A stretch of 64,000 nt of DNA, taken from Macrostomum hystrix (Eukaryota > Animalia > Platyhelminthes). The stretch lies in the NCBI GenBank assembly GCA_950097015.1, contig CATNEN010000039.1, positions 186,001 through 250,000 on the forward strand, written 5' to 3'. The translations under genes and the position numbers were made by a program. The notes under the pieces were generated by a model. The model was not told where the DNA came from. It saw only the letters and a list, made by a program, of their open reading frames with translations, and did no database searches. Shown in pieces: positions 35,521-48,304 of the stretch (the stretch's first letter is position 1; each line of letters begins with the position of its first letter).

Positions 35521-36938
35521 GAAACACCGTGATTAGTCCAGCCACTCACAGTATATTTCCGCAGCTATATTTTGTTGGTTGAGCTGCTGCAGATTCAACG
35601 GCTCAGCGGTGGTGGGAAACTACTTCCAGTATTAGGCACGTGAGAAACGGTGAAATTGTACTCGCAATGAAGTCTCCTCTGGGGGCTCGCTAGAGCCTTT
35701 ATGAGCACCAGCGGAAGATTATGCTTTGATGTAGCAAACGTGTCGCCCTTAAAATTCTCGAGCCAATTTAAAAAAAAACTTTTTCTAATTAGACACAGAC
35801 AGGGACGGGCCGCTGGCTGCAGAGAGACGAGAGAGTTGGAAAACTTAATTTCTAGCTGCAAAGGATCGAGCATTTCCATTGGATCTGCCCAGTTGGTTCC
35901 AGCACCAAAGCGACCCATAGGAGACGAAGGCCAAGAAGCGTCTTGGATCTAGCCCCAGCCCGCTCTTCTGATTCTCGGGCCAACGAAGTCTCAGCGATAC
36001 AGACTGAGGTCAAGCAGGATTCATGCAGCAAAATTCGCAGAGAATGGAGACAAAGACCAGGTAGGATTCACAGAACACTATTTTTAAGCTACTGCTAAAG
36101 GGCAATCCGTTAAAAAAATTGCCGCCTCCCTTTTGGACAGCCAGGCTGCTCTGCTGGAAATGCTCAGAAGCAACAATATTTTTTTCATCGTACCGAAGTG
36201 AAGGCGCTGCACCTGCTAAGACTTTAATTAACTCCAAACATTATGAGCGAAAGTGAGAGCAAATGAGCGCAGCTTGAGCATCCTACTGCTAGTAGCAAAC
36301 TACATGTTGTCTCCACATACATGTAAACTTATAATGCACACTTGAATGTCAACTAAAGTCAAGACAAAATTTAGTCCAGTCGCAAAAAGCAGAGCTAAAG
36401 TTATTTTACGAGTAAATTTTGAATAATATCAACAAGACAAAGAACTAATTTGTTACATCAGTTACCTGGTACCTGGTACCTAGTCTTTATTTTCCTTTAT
36501 CAGCAAACCCTAGAGAAGGGGATAAAAATTTCATAGAAATGTGAAAAACAATAGGAAAACAATCAATTCAGAACGATATTCGATGCAAAAGTATTTCTGC
36601 CTAATCAGTTTTTAAACCAAAAAAGCTCTGTCCTATTCTATAAATTGTTTATTGAGTACGTACAAATACATACAAACTTCCAATTACCCAGATTTTTAGC
36701 TACTAGGCCCATATGAATGCTGACTTTTTACATGCCGATCAAAGTAAATACGTAAGTGGAGCCTAGTGGAGCCTCAAGCAGATATGCAGGCTCCATCCAA
36801 GGGCTTCAATCATTTTTTTTCTCTCTCTGTCCGTGTGTGTGTGTGTGTATGTGTGTGTGTGTGAGCTTGTGTATCAGACTAGTTTCTCTAGAAGTTGGAG
36901 ACATTCCAGAGACGATGGTGGACAGAATTTTAAGCACA

Positions 36939-39900
36939 TCAACACAGGCCGAGACCACTGTACTCCTGCACACACAAAACTCGTAGCCGGGTTGCCTCAG
37001 CGTGCTCCGCCAGCCGCATTCGCAGGCGCACAGCCTCCTTAAGCTTCATCAGCTCATCTGGAGTCAGCACCCTACGCAGCTCAGCCATAAGACGACGCCG
37101 GCTACGTACGGCTGACTGTGCCAGCTTCCGAGCCTCGTTCCGCTGCTTTTCGAGCTCGAAGCCGCGCTGGTGCAGCTTTTCTAACTCGCCAGGCGAAGTT
37201 CCGCTTGCTGCATTCAGTTGCTGTAGCTGCCACCGCAGGTGTCGCCCCCGTCTATCGAGCTGACTGCGCAGGCGAGCCAAGGGGCCAAGTCGGTTTAAGT
37301 AGCGATCGTAGCTGTCTAAAGCGCCCGTTGTAGAGCAACGCTCCATAATCATACGGCGCCAGCTGCCAAGAAGCTCGGTTTCTGCCTCAGCTAGTCGTCG
37401 GTGCAGGTCACTCAAGTCCGTCCGCAGCTGCTCCAGTGAGGAGCCTGAATGCTCGAGCAGCTCCTCCGCATCAGGTGGCGCCAGCGGAAGAAGTTGGTCT
37501 TTATCATCGTCATCGTCGCTTACTTCGCTATGAGGCAACGCTGCGGCTTTCGGTTCCGTCAACTCTGAGAAAAGTTGTGATGGAGTCGCCATGGGTGAGC
37601 TGGATGTCTTTGATGAAATGAAATTCGGAGCCACCCGCAACTCATCGTTAAACTCAAAACTTAGCCGTGCAAACGTCGAGACATGTTGCTCTGGTTTCTG
37701 GACACTAGATGGCAGCAGCGGTACCGGTAAAGATGGTGAGTTAATCAGGCGCTTTTGACGTTCAGTTCGGCTCTGCTGATGCTCGCATTGATTAGCTCCG
37801 TCGCAATGCCGCCATAGCCGATAGAACTGGCACGCTAGGTTGGTTCTAGCACAGCCGCAGAGTTTTTGCTTGCACAAGTCCTGATGAAACCTGCAATGAG
37901 CAGCAGCAGTTCCTGTGATATGAAACCATTATTTGGCTGTAGAGTAATTGCTTGATGATCCATCTGAGTCGGAGCTCTTTCAAGAATCAATTTTCAAGTA
38001 AAAAAGCCAGGCGTGTAAAAGCTGTAGATAGATGTAGAAAAATTCTGAGCCAAAATATCAAAGTCTGTTATTTTCTGCAGTTCCCTGCGTAAAAATTAGT
38101 GGATAATTTACCAGAAAATTATTTTTTGTCTTGGCTTGACCCAATTTTGAGCCAAGCCATCGGGAATGTTTGTGAGTCATAGCTAGAGCCGTCTATAGAT
38201 GTTTTAAGAATGAAAATATATAAGGTATGTCACTTGAAAACGTCATGTCACATCACATGCAAATGGAACAATACGCTCGTAGATGAACAGCCCAAAAAAA
38301 TGAGCAAAATGCGGGCTTTCAATTGCGCTCTGACGAGTTCTATCGGGACTTCGGCAACTTCCTTATACTGTCATGTACAGGGATGTTATATACTCGTACT
38401 TCTTGTAGATTACTTATTTTATAGTAAAATATGTGTCAATTTATTCATATTTCAATTAGTTTATGTGCACCTAAGCTAACATCCAAAGAGCTCAGAGAAG
38501 ATCGGCTATGCAATTACCTATAATCTAAGGCTCCTGCAGCCGACCCTGACACGAACGACGAGATTATATCGACTTCAACATCGACAGCTTACTGATGACC
38601 AGCGCATCAACAGGCGGGCACGAGACACGCTTATGACCTATTGACTCTGCGGAAGGAGGTCGAAGAGCTGAGTATCAAGGCGCTGACTCGCCGCTTTACT
38701 CCGCTGCAGTGGAGCTCGACAGGTCTCAGGCTTCTGCTTGTCTACCTCAAGATGAGCTGAGAGTTCTTCCTTTTGTTGTGCATGAGACCATTTTTACCAT
38801 GCACAGTTGTAGGGACAAACCAGGAAGCCCAACCGGACCTATATATTCCGCGACGCCGATAGCTCGCTGATCCTAGCTCACGAGATCTAACCCTACGACT
38901 TCGTCAAGCCCAACTTCAATCAGTCTAGAGCCTGACGGCCTACATTGAGAACGGCAACTTGGTCTTGCCTAAATGTCTTGCTCGCAATTCAAGACAATTT
39001 TACAGCAATCCTGAAGTAGCGATTCCAGCACCTAAATGATGACTGCTCGTTGATTTACCTGATGACGGATTTATGAGCACCAGCAAGCTACGCTCACCAC
39101 TCCCCCCAAAAGATCGGTGAACTCCTTGACACTAACCTCAGTACAGAAAGCTGAGAGTACGATAAAACCGACGGCAGTGGAAAAAATGAAAAGACAGTTT
39201 TGTATTTTTCCTCTTCTCTTTCCTTATTCCTCCCTCCTTTTTCGTGTTGCGGTAACTTTCGCCTCGTCGCCGCTCGTAGCCTCGTGCGTTTCTGTCGTTG
39301 CCACATCTGTCTGCCTTCGCGTTGATGTATTTTTTTGGTCAGGCTGTTGTTTAATATATTAGAAGATCCTTCAGGGGTCTTGGGTTTTTTGACAGAAAAG
39401 GCGCCCGATCAGAATTAGGTACAACTACGAGTATCAAAAGATAGGTAGCCAGCACTTGTCGTCGTTTTGCTTGACTTTGCTTGCTTGGCTCATACTTGGC
39501 TCAGACACGACGTCATTAAATTTTCAGGGGGGGGCAAAAGTGGTCACAAAAACGAGACTACGAGCTAATCCGAAAAAATAAAATAATTTTTCAAGAGCGA
39601 GCTGCAACCTAAGTTAAACACAGAGGGGCAGAGTGAATTAGAATTAGCTCTGTGGGTTTTTTTACTCTGAGAAATGATCCTTCTATGGCGGCTTGAGGTC
39701 ACGATTAGTTTCAGTTCGTCAAACTAGCAGCAAATACGCTCGTATTCCCTAGAATCTGAAGCCATGAGGATTTGGGAAACTCTTGGCTGCTCAAGAAAGA
39801 CATACCGGCGGAGCAGAGTAAATGCGCAACAGATAAAGAAATCGAATTTCCTTGGTCTTCGCCCTCAACCCTTAAATACACGATGGGTATACGCATGCAC

Positions 39901-41560
39901 CTAGCACACCATAAGCTGATAATCTAGTCCTTTTCTGAGCCAAACTCTAATGCCTACCCAGTAAACGGGGAGTCGCGCCGGCTCTTTCTGGGTGGTAGAT
40001 CTGGTGGCCGAAGGTCTGAGGCACAGAAGCTGAACGATCCATGCCGGCCAGCCGGTTTCTGCTGCTGCAGCCGCTGCTGCGCTTGTCTGATCTGCTCGGC
40101 GTATGCAGCTCGAGGGATGGTCGAGTCGCCACTGCTGCCCGCCGGACCTGGCTGCGGCGGCTCCGGCCAGATGGAGGTTGCTGGCGCTGCTGAAGCTGGG
40201 GTCTTTGCGGAGTCTTGGCCTGCCGACTGTCTTCGGCGAGGTGGTGGTGATGGTGGCATTGGCAACATTGGCTTCTGGCCCGTTTTTCGAGGTGGCCTAA
40301 GTAAATAGATTCATGGAGCAAGCGTTTGAGAGTATTCGTTATTCAACTGAGCAAGGTTCTTTTCACTTTCATACCCAATATGATTATTCTTATTATCTTC
40401 ATGTGAGACACTCAAGCGGCAGTGATTTAGAGTACAATGCGGCTGTCATTGGCCTGGAGCCGGGGTGGTAGAGACATTGTGAGCCTGTTGTAAAAGCTCG
40501 GGTAAGGGAGCTCTGCTGGGCCGAGCTTAGCAACAGCTGGGCAGCGCAGCGCAAGGAGAGGCCCCGACAGTGCCTTGAGCTACATTAGAAATATGCACAG
40601 CTAGTGGGAGACGGCGGTGCAAGGCAAAGCGCGAAATGAAGATTGGAACCCAATGAGCAGCAGTGCGCATAGAAGAAAGTCTCGCTTGGCTGGTCGCAAA
40701 CGTTCTGGTCTAGATTGCTGAAAGCTCGTACACATGCAGTCACATTCACATTTACTAGTGCTTTTGCCTTTTTAGTAAGCAAGGGAATAATTATTCACTC
40801 CATGATCTTTCCTAAGACAAGTTGAAGTTCCAACCAGGTAATTCTGAAGTCTTCGTTAACTTTGACATTGTGAAGACCAGGGCAAAATAGTTGTGCCCAA
40901 TAAAGCCAAGACCATAAAGACCATACAGTATATATCTATTTTTCTTATTAGATTGCCGCTTAATTACCTGATGAAGCTGCCCATAGCTCCAAGCATCGCA
41001 GATTCTCGCATGCAGTGTGGAGGCGTTGAATTTGGCCCACTGGTGCTGGCGTGGGCAATGGACACGCTGCCTCGGGGCAGGATTTGACATGCCTTGTCAG
41101 ACGCCGCCGCTTCGATAGCTCCACTGTCTTCTCGAGTGCTGCTGTTTACGTCGTCGTGCAGGGAAGAGTTACTGAGACTCTCATAGACTCCACCTGAGTT
41201 CTCATTTATCGTAGCAAAGCCTGAGTCACGATCGGAGGCGAGGGTAGAGTTTGTGGCAGTCGCAACAGCCACAGCTGATGCCGCAGCAGACTTGGCCAGT
41301 TCGCGAATGACCCTCAGTGCCAAGAAGCCCCCTTGGCTATCGTCGACCGCCTCTCGCAGGGTTACGTGTGTCCTGCGAATAGGCCCGCCGCCTCGTGCCA
41401 ACTGAACACTGAACTGCCTGGTGACTGCACGGCTGCCACCGAAACAGCCGGAACCACTGCTGCTGCGCTGAGGGAGCGGAGGCGGCTTAGGCTGAGACTG
41501 CGCTGCTGCCCTGCGTAAGCCCGACATTTTCCTACAGGAGCGTCGGTTTTTTCTGCTAGT
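36939..41560 (-). CDS. SHROOM: Shroom-family protein (ASD2 C-terminal domain); 5' exons unresolved
   Basis: Exons approximately 41560-40968, 40296-39958 and 37890-36939 join in phase 2. The C-terminus ERCSTTGALDSYDRYLNRLG..LEKQRNEARKL..VLTPDEL fits the ASD2 pattern by eye. An RDSGF motif lies upstream. Confidence 0.65.
38520..39170 (+). mobile_element. Highly degraded LINE relic (intronic)
   Basis: Remnant DFNID and PDGL motifs among stops and frameshifts. Confidence 0.3.
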
Positions 41561-43149
41561 GTTTTTAGGAAACAACAGGCATGCAGCATGTCAGACTTTA
41601 TCCCCGACGTTTAAGAATAAAGAAGCGCACAAAGAAGCACCTATTTTTTTATAGGCAAGATACAGTTAAACATAATAGAGCTCAAGTGGGAACTTACCTA
41701 TAGAATGAATCGGCAGTTCAGCATAGTTTTCAACTGCGAAATATTGCTTAGGGACAGATAGGTAAGATGACTTATGCTAATTTTTTCCTCACTATGCAAT
41801 AGGTGCCATGACAAATTTATCTTACAGCTTAATGCTCAGTTACCAATGGCTGTAAAAATTGACAAGGAATGCACTGTGAACAATTCAAGTAAAACATAAA
41901 AAGTGGATGCGATTTGATACGCTCGTAAGGTCTAAAAATTAGAGCTGGCTGATATTATAGTATCTGCATGATGGGAATCTAAGCATCAATGCATTCCAAT
42001 TTCTTACTCATACTCGTACACACTGGTACTCGTAGAAGTTATTTTGGACGGAAGAGACTTAATCAATGATGCATTGTGAAAGTTAATTATTCATTCATGC
42101 CAGAATAGTAGCCACATAGTGAATTTTCTTAGATGCTAGGATTAGTAGCGCTTCAGTAAAATTCAGCAAGTTTTTGTCTGTCAACAGAAGCAGTTACCGT
42201 TGCATGCAATCCTACATGCTAAATTTAATAACGAGGGTACGACCGTATATTACTGCGTTAAATTTACGTATCTGCTTGTTAATAAATTAATCACAGCGTT
42301 TTCCTTGTGGCAGCGTCGCCAAAAAGTAAGTGATGTAGCTGGTAAATATTATGCAGCTAGTAAAGATGAAAAAACTGTCTTGAAAATCCCTGCTTGCACT
42401 CTATTATTATATTTGGCATGCAGTGCCAGCGAAAACAACAACCCAACCTCGGACTAGACCGTTTTTGGCTGACAGAAAATAGCCAATCACAGCGCAGGAC
42501 GTGCAGGAGGCTTTTCGTAATGTCGATTCCAAAACCAGAATAGTTCTCAATTTCCATGAAATGGAGCAGTTTAACTTCACTGCTTTTACTCCTTGCTCGA
42601 GCCATATTTTACGAGTATATTGTTAGCACTGCTCACTCTTAGGCGCTGCAAAGTTACGAGTAATACTGCTTTATTTCACTGAATTTCAGAACCGACTCTT
42701 GTCGGCGATGCCGAACTAAAAAGCTGCTGGCCTTGGGATTATCGAGTCGTCCAAAGTTATTTCCGTCTGCTCAAAAATTTTATGATCAACCATGTATTTG
42801 AACGTTCGCACTATGTACTCCAAAAAACGAGTCATTTGAAGGCATTGTAATTTTCGATCGCATTTGTGTGGATGCTGGGCGACGTATTAAAAAAATACAT
42901 TTTAGTAGATTAAATGATGGAGCTGTGGCTCAAATTTACATATAAAAAGTTTTGAAGGTGCATGAATTAAATACCTAGGCATATATCTTTGAGCAAAAAA
43001 ACTGTTTCCAAAGACTCTTCAGTTCCCTTGTGCTCCCAGAATTATCTCCTATGTGTGAGCTTTGGGGACCATTACGACCCTCATGGATTAAGGAGCTTGA
43101 CACCACCCTTTAACACCATACCTAACTCAAAGTCCCTCGGTTCCCCCTG

Positions 43150-43350
43150 CTATAGCTACGCTGTTGCGACTGCCCGGTTTCCCAACGACGAGGGACTCTG
43201 GTCTGGTGCGACTGGTGCGAAGCGGGGCAAAGCGGATGCTGGCATCGCTGCCAGTTCGACGCAAGGATGCGCTTACGCCGAGTCACCTGCTTCAGTTTCT
43301 AGGCTGCCTACCGCTGCAGAGCTGCACCGGGGCTGCCGTCTGGAGCCTCA
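43150..43350 (+). mobile_element. DIRS/Ngaro-type tyrosine recombinase fragment
   Basis: LVRLVRSGAKRMLASLPVRRKDALTPSHLLQFL resembles the linker of YR-retrotransposon recombinases. Confidence 0.55.
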
Positions 43351-43439
43351 TCCTGTCTGTCAGGCTGGGGGGCCATGCTGAGAGCCGCAAAACTGTGCGC
43401 AAGCAAGCGCCGGCTGGACGGAAAACAGCAACCAGTGCT

Positions 43440-46400
43440 GGGCGAGACAACACTTGTGGAAATTTACAGTGGAAATCGGAATTGTGCAAGTCAAACATCG
43501 TTTCGTCGTGCTAGAGAAGCTGCACCCAGCACCTGTGATCCTAGGTTGTGACTTCATCGGTCTGCACGACATTTTCATCCATCTTCAAGCAGGCGGCATC
43601 ACTTTCAATCGCTTGAATTTATCAGTACCCATCCGACAAGGCAAGGACGCACCATAAACCTGCAGGCTGGTCTCCGCAGCCTCTGTGCAGATAGAACCAG
43701 GACAACGATGGATCATCCCTCTTAAACCAGCGCAGCTAGCGTCGTGGACGAGATCAGCAGCCCCATGTATTATTACGGGGACGAGACGACAACGCCTTCT
43801 GTTGGCTCGGTACGTTGCCAAGCTGACGGACATCGGCATGGGCCTAGCTGCCATTAACATCGGCGACCAGCCAATCAGCATTAACAGTAGAACTACCAAG
43901 GGGGGAGGATTTCCCCCCCCCCGACAATTTTTTTGCTGCACCCGAACGGAACAATACAAGCGCACGAAACTCAAGAACACGGGCCAACTTTTTGTTGCGC
44001 ATCTTCTGAAACAAGAAACAAGTCGCCAGCTCTTCAGACCGTCGAGATTTTCAATGTTTCTGGCCGAAGGTTCGATTTTTCCCATAAGAGCTAGTGAATT
44101 TCATACACCCCTATACACGAATTTGCACTGCGCCTCAGTGCGGCCTTGCCAGGCCTTCAAAATTTATCAGCATGTCACCCGAATGTGCCTGCACCATCTC
44201 CGTCTTCGATGGTCACCTACCTTTATCTAGACGGAGCAGCTGGAAAAGGCAACCGTCTTAGCTGGAGTCAGCATCGCATCAGCCAAGGAGTCAACTTCAA
44301 CTGCAGTCTGTCTGACTGCTATGGCTGACGCGGCTCAGGTCAACGCCGGGCGGTCAATGCGGAAACAGGACCTTCGGCCTCGCCCCAATTGATAGCGAAG
44401 AGGACAGCAGCAGCGATGAGGCAGCCGACAAAGACCAAGCACCACCGGACAGCAACGTGACACAACCATTTCACAAACTGCAGCTGCGCTACCCAGTCAT
44501 CAGCCCGGTCTTTAGGTAACTGGCCGACGGCAAGTCAAAGTTCAGCGAGCAAGAGCGAGACCGAGTGCCCCCTGAAAGCCTGGTGCTGGCTCAGAAAGCT
44601 CATGAATTGTGCTTTGTGGACGGCACCCTGCACCGACTGTTCAACTCGAAGCCCGTGCCCGTCATGCCCGGCTGCCGTCAACGCGAGGTCATCGACGAGG
44701 TGCACGGCATCGGCCACCTTGGTGAAGTCAAGACGCTGACCAGCTTGAAGATGCGGTACTACTGGCCGAAGATGTCCGAGAGCGTCCGGCTAGTAGTCCG
44801 TTCCTGCGAAGTGTGCCAACGAGCCAAGACACCCGTGATCAAGCGCGCACCGCTGCACTCCAAAACGGCAATAACCGGCTCCTTGCGATCATCGACTAAT
44901 TCAGTAAATGGGTAGAATTGGTGCCGATACCCGACGAGAAAGCAACGACCATCGCCAAGGTACTCTTCAACAACTGGATCGCGCGGTGGGGCGCCCCACA
45001 TGTCCTCCACTTTGATCGGGGCAAGAGCATCGACGGTCGCATCATCCGCAGCATCTGCAACCTGTTGGAGATCAGCAAGACCCGGACGTCCGCTTACCAC
45101 CCGCAGTGTGATGGCCTCGTTGAGCGGTTCCACCGCACACTCCATCACATGTTGCGCTGCCATCTTCAAGGTGTCGACCCACTAGATTGGGAGGACACCT
45201 TGCCGCTCTGCCTCTTGGCTTACAGGAGCAGCATCAACGCGACAACAGGCTTTTCGCCACATTTCCTATTGACTGGCCGGGAGGTCGTGCTGCCGCTGGA
45301 CGTGATCTACAAGCCACCAGAGCCCCCAATGATCGTCGGCCAATACGCAGCAGAAACTATTGACCGGCTGCAGAGCGCCTTCGAGACCGTGCGGAGGTCA
45401 ACGGAGGCAGCTCAGCAGCGTCAGCGGCGTTATTACGACAGGAAAGCCCAGAAGTGGAAGTTCCGCGCCGGCGACGTCGTATGGCTATTCGTACCGCCTG
45501 CTGTACTGTCCAAGACAAACCGCCTGCCACCGAAACATCAGTCACCTTGGACTGGGCCGTTTAAGGTATTGCGCAGGACATCCCCTGTCAACTACCTGGT
45601 GCGGCCTATCAATTACAAGGAGGGCGAGGTCAATGGACGCGTCTTCCACGTCAACAAACTGAAGCGGGCACATCAACGCTGCTTGCAGGATCACGTGCAG
45701 CGCGAAGCTACCAACGACACCAGTAGCGACGTGGTCGACGCCGACTGGGTGCTGTAGATGTGGTGCGTCTGCAGTTGAATTATTGTGTAATCTGCTCTAC
45801 TGAACGTAAATGATTGTGTGATTAGCGCATTTTTCTGGGTGCGCACGGTGTAATTATGCTGCCGTATTTAAAATATTTTTACTCTGGAATCTTACTATAT
45901 ACTTTTACCCAAGTTTTATCTTGTGTCAAAAAGGCATTTTTGGCAAGTGCGTCTGTGATAAAACCCTGCTTAGCACCACACCCATGTATTTTAACCCTCG
46001 TGATAAGGCAATTTTGAGCAGCTGTTGCTCCGTGTGTCCATGAGCGGCCGAGGGGGGTTACTGTAAAATTTTATGCTTGTATTTATTGCAGTTGGCTAAT
46101 ATTCGAGTAACTCTTCATACTCTCTCGTGTATTTTGAATATGCACCGCGTAGTTTTCTGCAAGTTTTTTTGCGTCCGTCTTGCCCAATCGCCGCATTTTA
46201 ATTGTGTGGTTGGTTAGCTGTTTTCGCGCGCGGCTTTGTTTCCAATGACGACATTCTTTGGGGGAGGCTTGTGTAATGTTTAAGGTTTTATTCTTAATTC
46301 GTGCCATTTTACCATTTTACTATTTTGGCTTTTTATTATCTTCCAAATACTTCGATGTATTTTATTGAATATCCTTGAAACTCTTGTCTTTTAGCCTTTA

Positions 46401-46537
46401 GTTTAGCAGCCAAATTGTTTTTACCTGATTTGTTTATTCTCAAATATTGGGCTTATTCAAAACTATTAAACAATAACAATAAATCGTGCGTACGTACGCT
46501 TCGGACTTCTTAGACTTTGCTGGGTAAACATCTTACA
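43440..46537 (+). mobile_element. Degenerate Gypsy LTR retrotransposon (protease tail, integrase, PPT, 3' LTR)
   Basis: VILGCDFI protease end. Integrase zinc domain VH..GHLG..YYWP..CEVCQ and core HFDRG..HPQCDGLVERF, then WTGPF (44565-45757, frameshifted). PPT GAGGGGGG near 46050. No RT is recognisable. Confidence 0.9.
46062..46537 (+). repeat. 3' LTR
   Basis: TGTAAAAT...ATCTTACA termini just after the PPT. AATAAA at about 46479. Confidence 0.7.
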
Positions 46538-46569
46538 CAATTTAACTAAAATTTGACTGTTGACAAAAT

Positions 46570-46706
46570 AACATATTATTATATTATTAAAATATTATTA
46601 TATATATATATTATATAAATTATATATAAATATATATAAATTATAAATTATATATAAATATAAATATATAAATATAAATATATATAAATATATTTATATA
46701 TATATT
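46570..46706. repeat. (TA)-rich microsatellite
   Basis: Nearly pure A/T run. Confidence 0.9.
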
Positions 46707-48304
46707 TCTCTAAACAAAACTTACATTACTAAGAAAGAAAACTTACTAAACTTTAGAAACATATTTATTTTATGGTATTTTTTTAGTTTTTTGTCTATTG
46801 TCTTTTTGCCTAAATACTTTTGGTGACAGTCATTATATAGGCAGTAAAAATCTGAGAGTCAAATTGAGTCAATCAATTTTTTTCACAAAAATTAGGCCAG
46901 TAAAATTTTAAATTTATGATTTATTTTTATTTTTCTCAATATTTTATGATTACCTAAAAACAATAGTATGACCTAAATTTAGAGCTTGCAGCTCCACTTG
47001 TTATTGGTTTGTTAATGTCAATGATCAAGCACTATTTAAGGCCTATTTAGTATTTTTTAGAAGCATCATGCCAAACAGTGGTGATCCATTTATAAGTTAG
47101 CATATTTTGTGTGTACTAACAATGGTCTATACATGATATAAGTATAGTAGCAATTTAAAGACATTGACTTATATTTGACGCTACTGTCCTAGGGCTAATT
47201 AATCCTACTGCTGTTACCAAAGTTGTTGCAAGGTTATTTTACAATATAGGTAATATTTTACTGAATATCACCAAAGTTGTCGTTGTGCTTATATACTTTT
47301 ATTCAAGTACTGTCTTTATGTCAATTTTATGAATGTCTTTAATTATTTGCTTTATGCACTTCTTATTTCAATTCAAATTGGTACCATTTATGTATTTTAA
47401 TCTGGTAGCGTTATATGTTCAATATGGCCGAAATTTATCTTCTATATTCACTTCTATTTATAACCTTACTGTATTATTTCTATAAGTACTCTTTATCGGT
47501 CTTTATCTGTCTTTATCAGTCTTTTATCACTCTTTATCCATTTTATCACTATCAGTCTTTATCACTCTTCAATTTCTCTTCAATCTATATTCAATTCAAT
47601 CGTCAGTTCAATCTTCAGTCTGTCTTGGGATTTACCTGTGGATCTAGATTTACAGCTCTCCCTTACTCTGTTTACTTCTCTTTTGCAATGTCTCTTTCAA
47701 ATAACTTCAACACGAACACTTCAAGATTCAAGCTTTCTTTACTCTGAACTCCGTCAAATGAGGGTTAATTCTTCTCTCTTTCGCTCATGTGTATTTATAC
47801 TGTTTTCACTCCCCTTCTCCACTTCATTATAACTTTTTATATTTTGGTGCATTCAGTGCATCAAAACAAATGCATTTTAACAAATTGAAGTGTATTCAAA
47901 CAAAAATTAGCATATTTCAAAGAAAATAAACATAGCCCTATCTCACTACAATAGGAAAATTAAAGTAGCTGAGATTTGCTTTACACATATTTATATTTTT
48001 ATTAATACCTTTATAACTAGATATTTCAAATGTAGCATGTATCATCATTACTAATCTTAATACAACTATGCCCATAACTTGACCATAATAAATGGTTACA
48101 TAAATATATACAAGCAAGCAAGATGTGACAGTTGGTAAATATAATATTAGTATTTTGTCAGAGCTAAGCAAGAAGAACAGTTAAGATATCTGACATTGTG
48201 GTCATTTATATTCTCTATGTTAATATATTTAGCTGTAGGTAGTATAATTAAAATTTAAATAAACTTGCAGAAGTTCCAAGCGGGGCCACTACTAGCTGCT
48301 ATCA

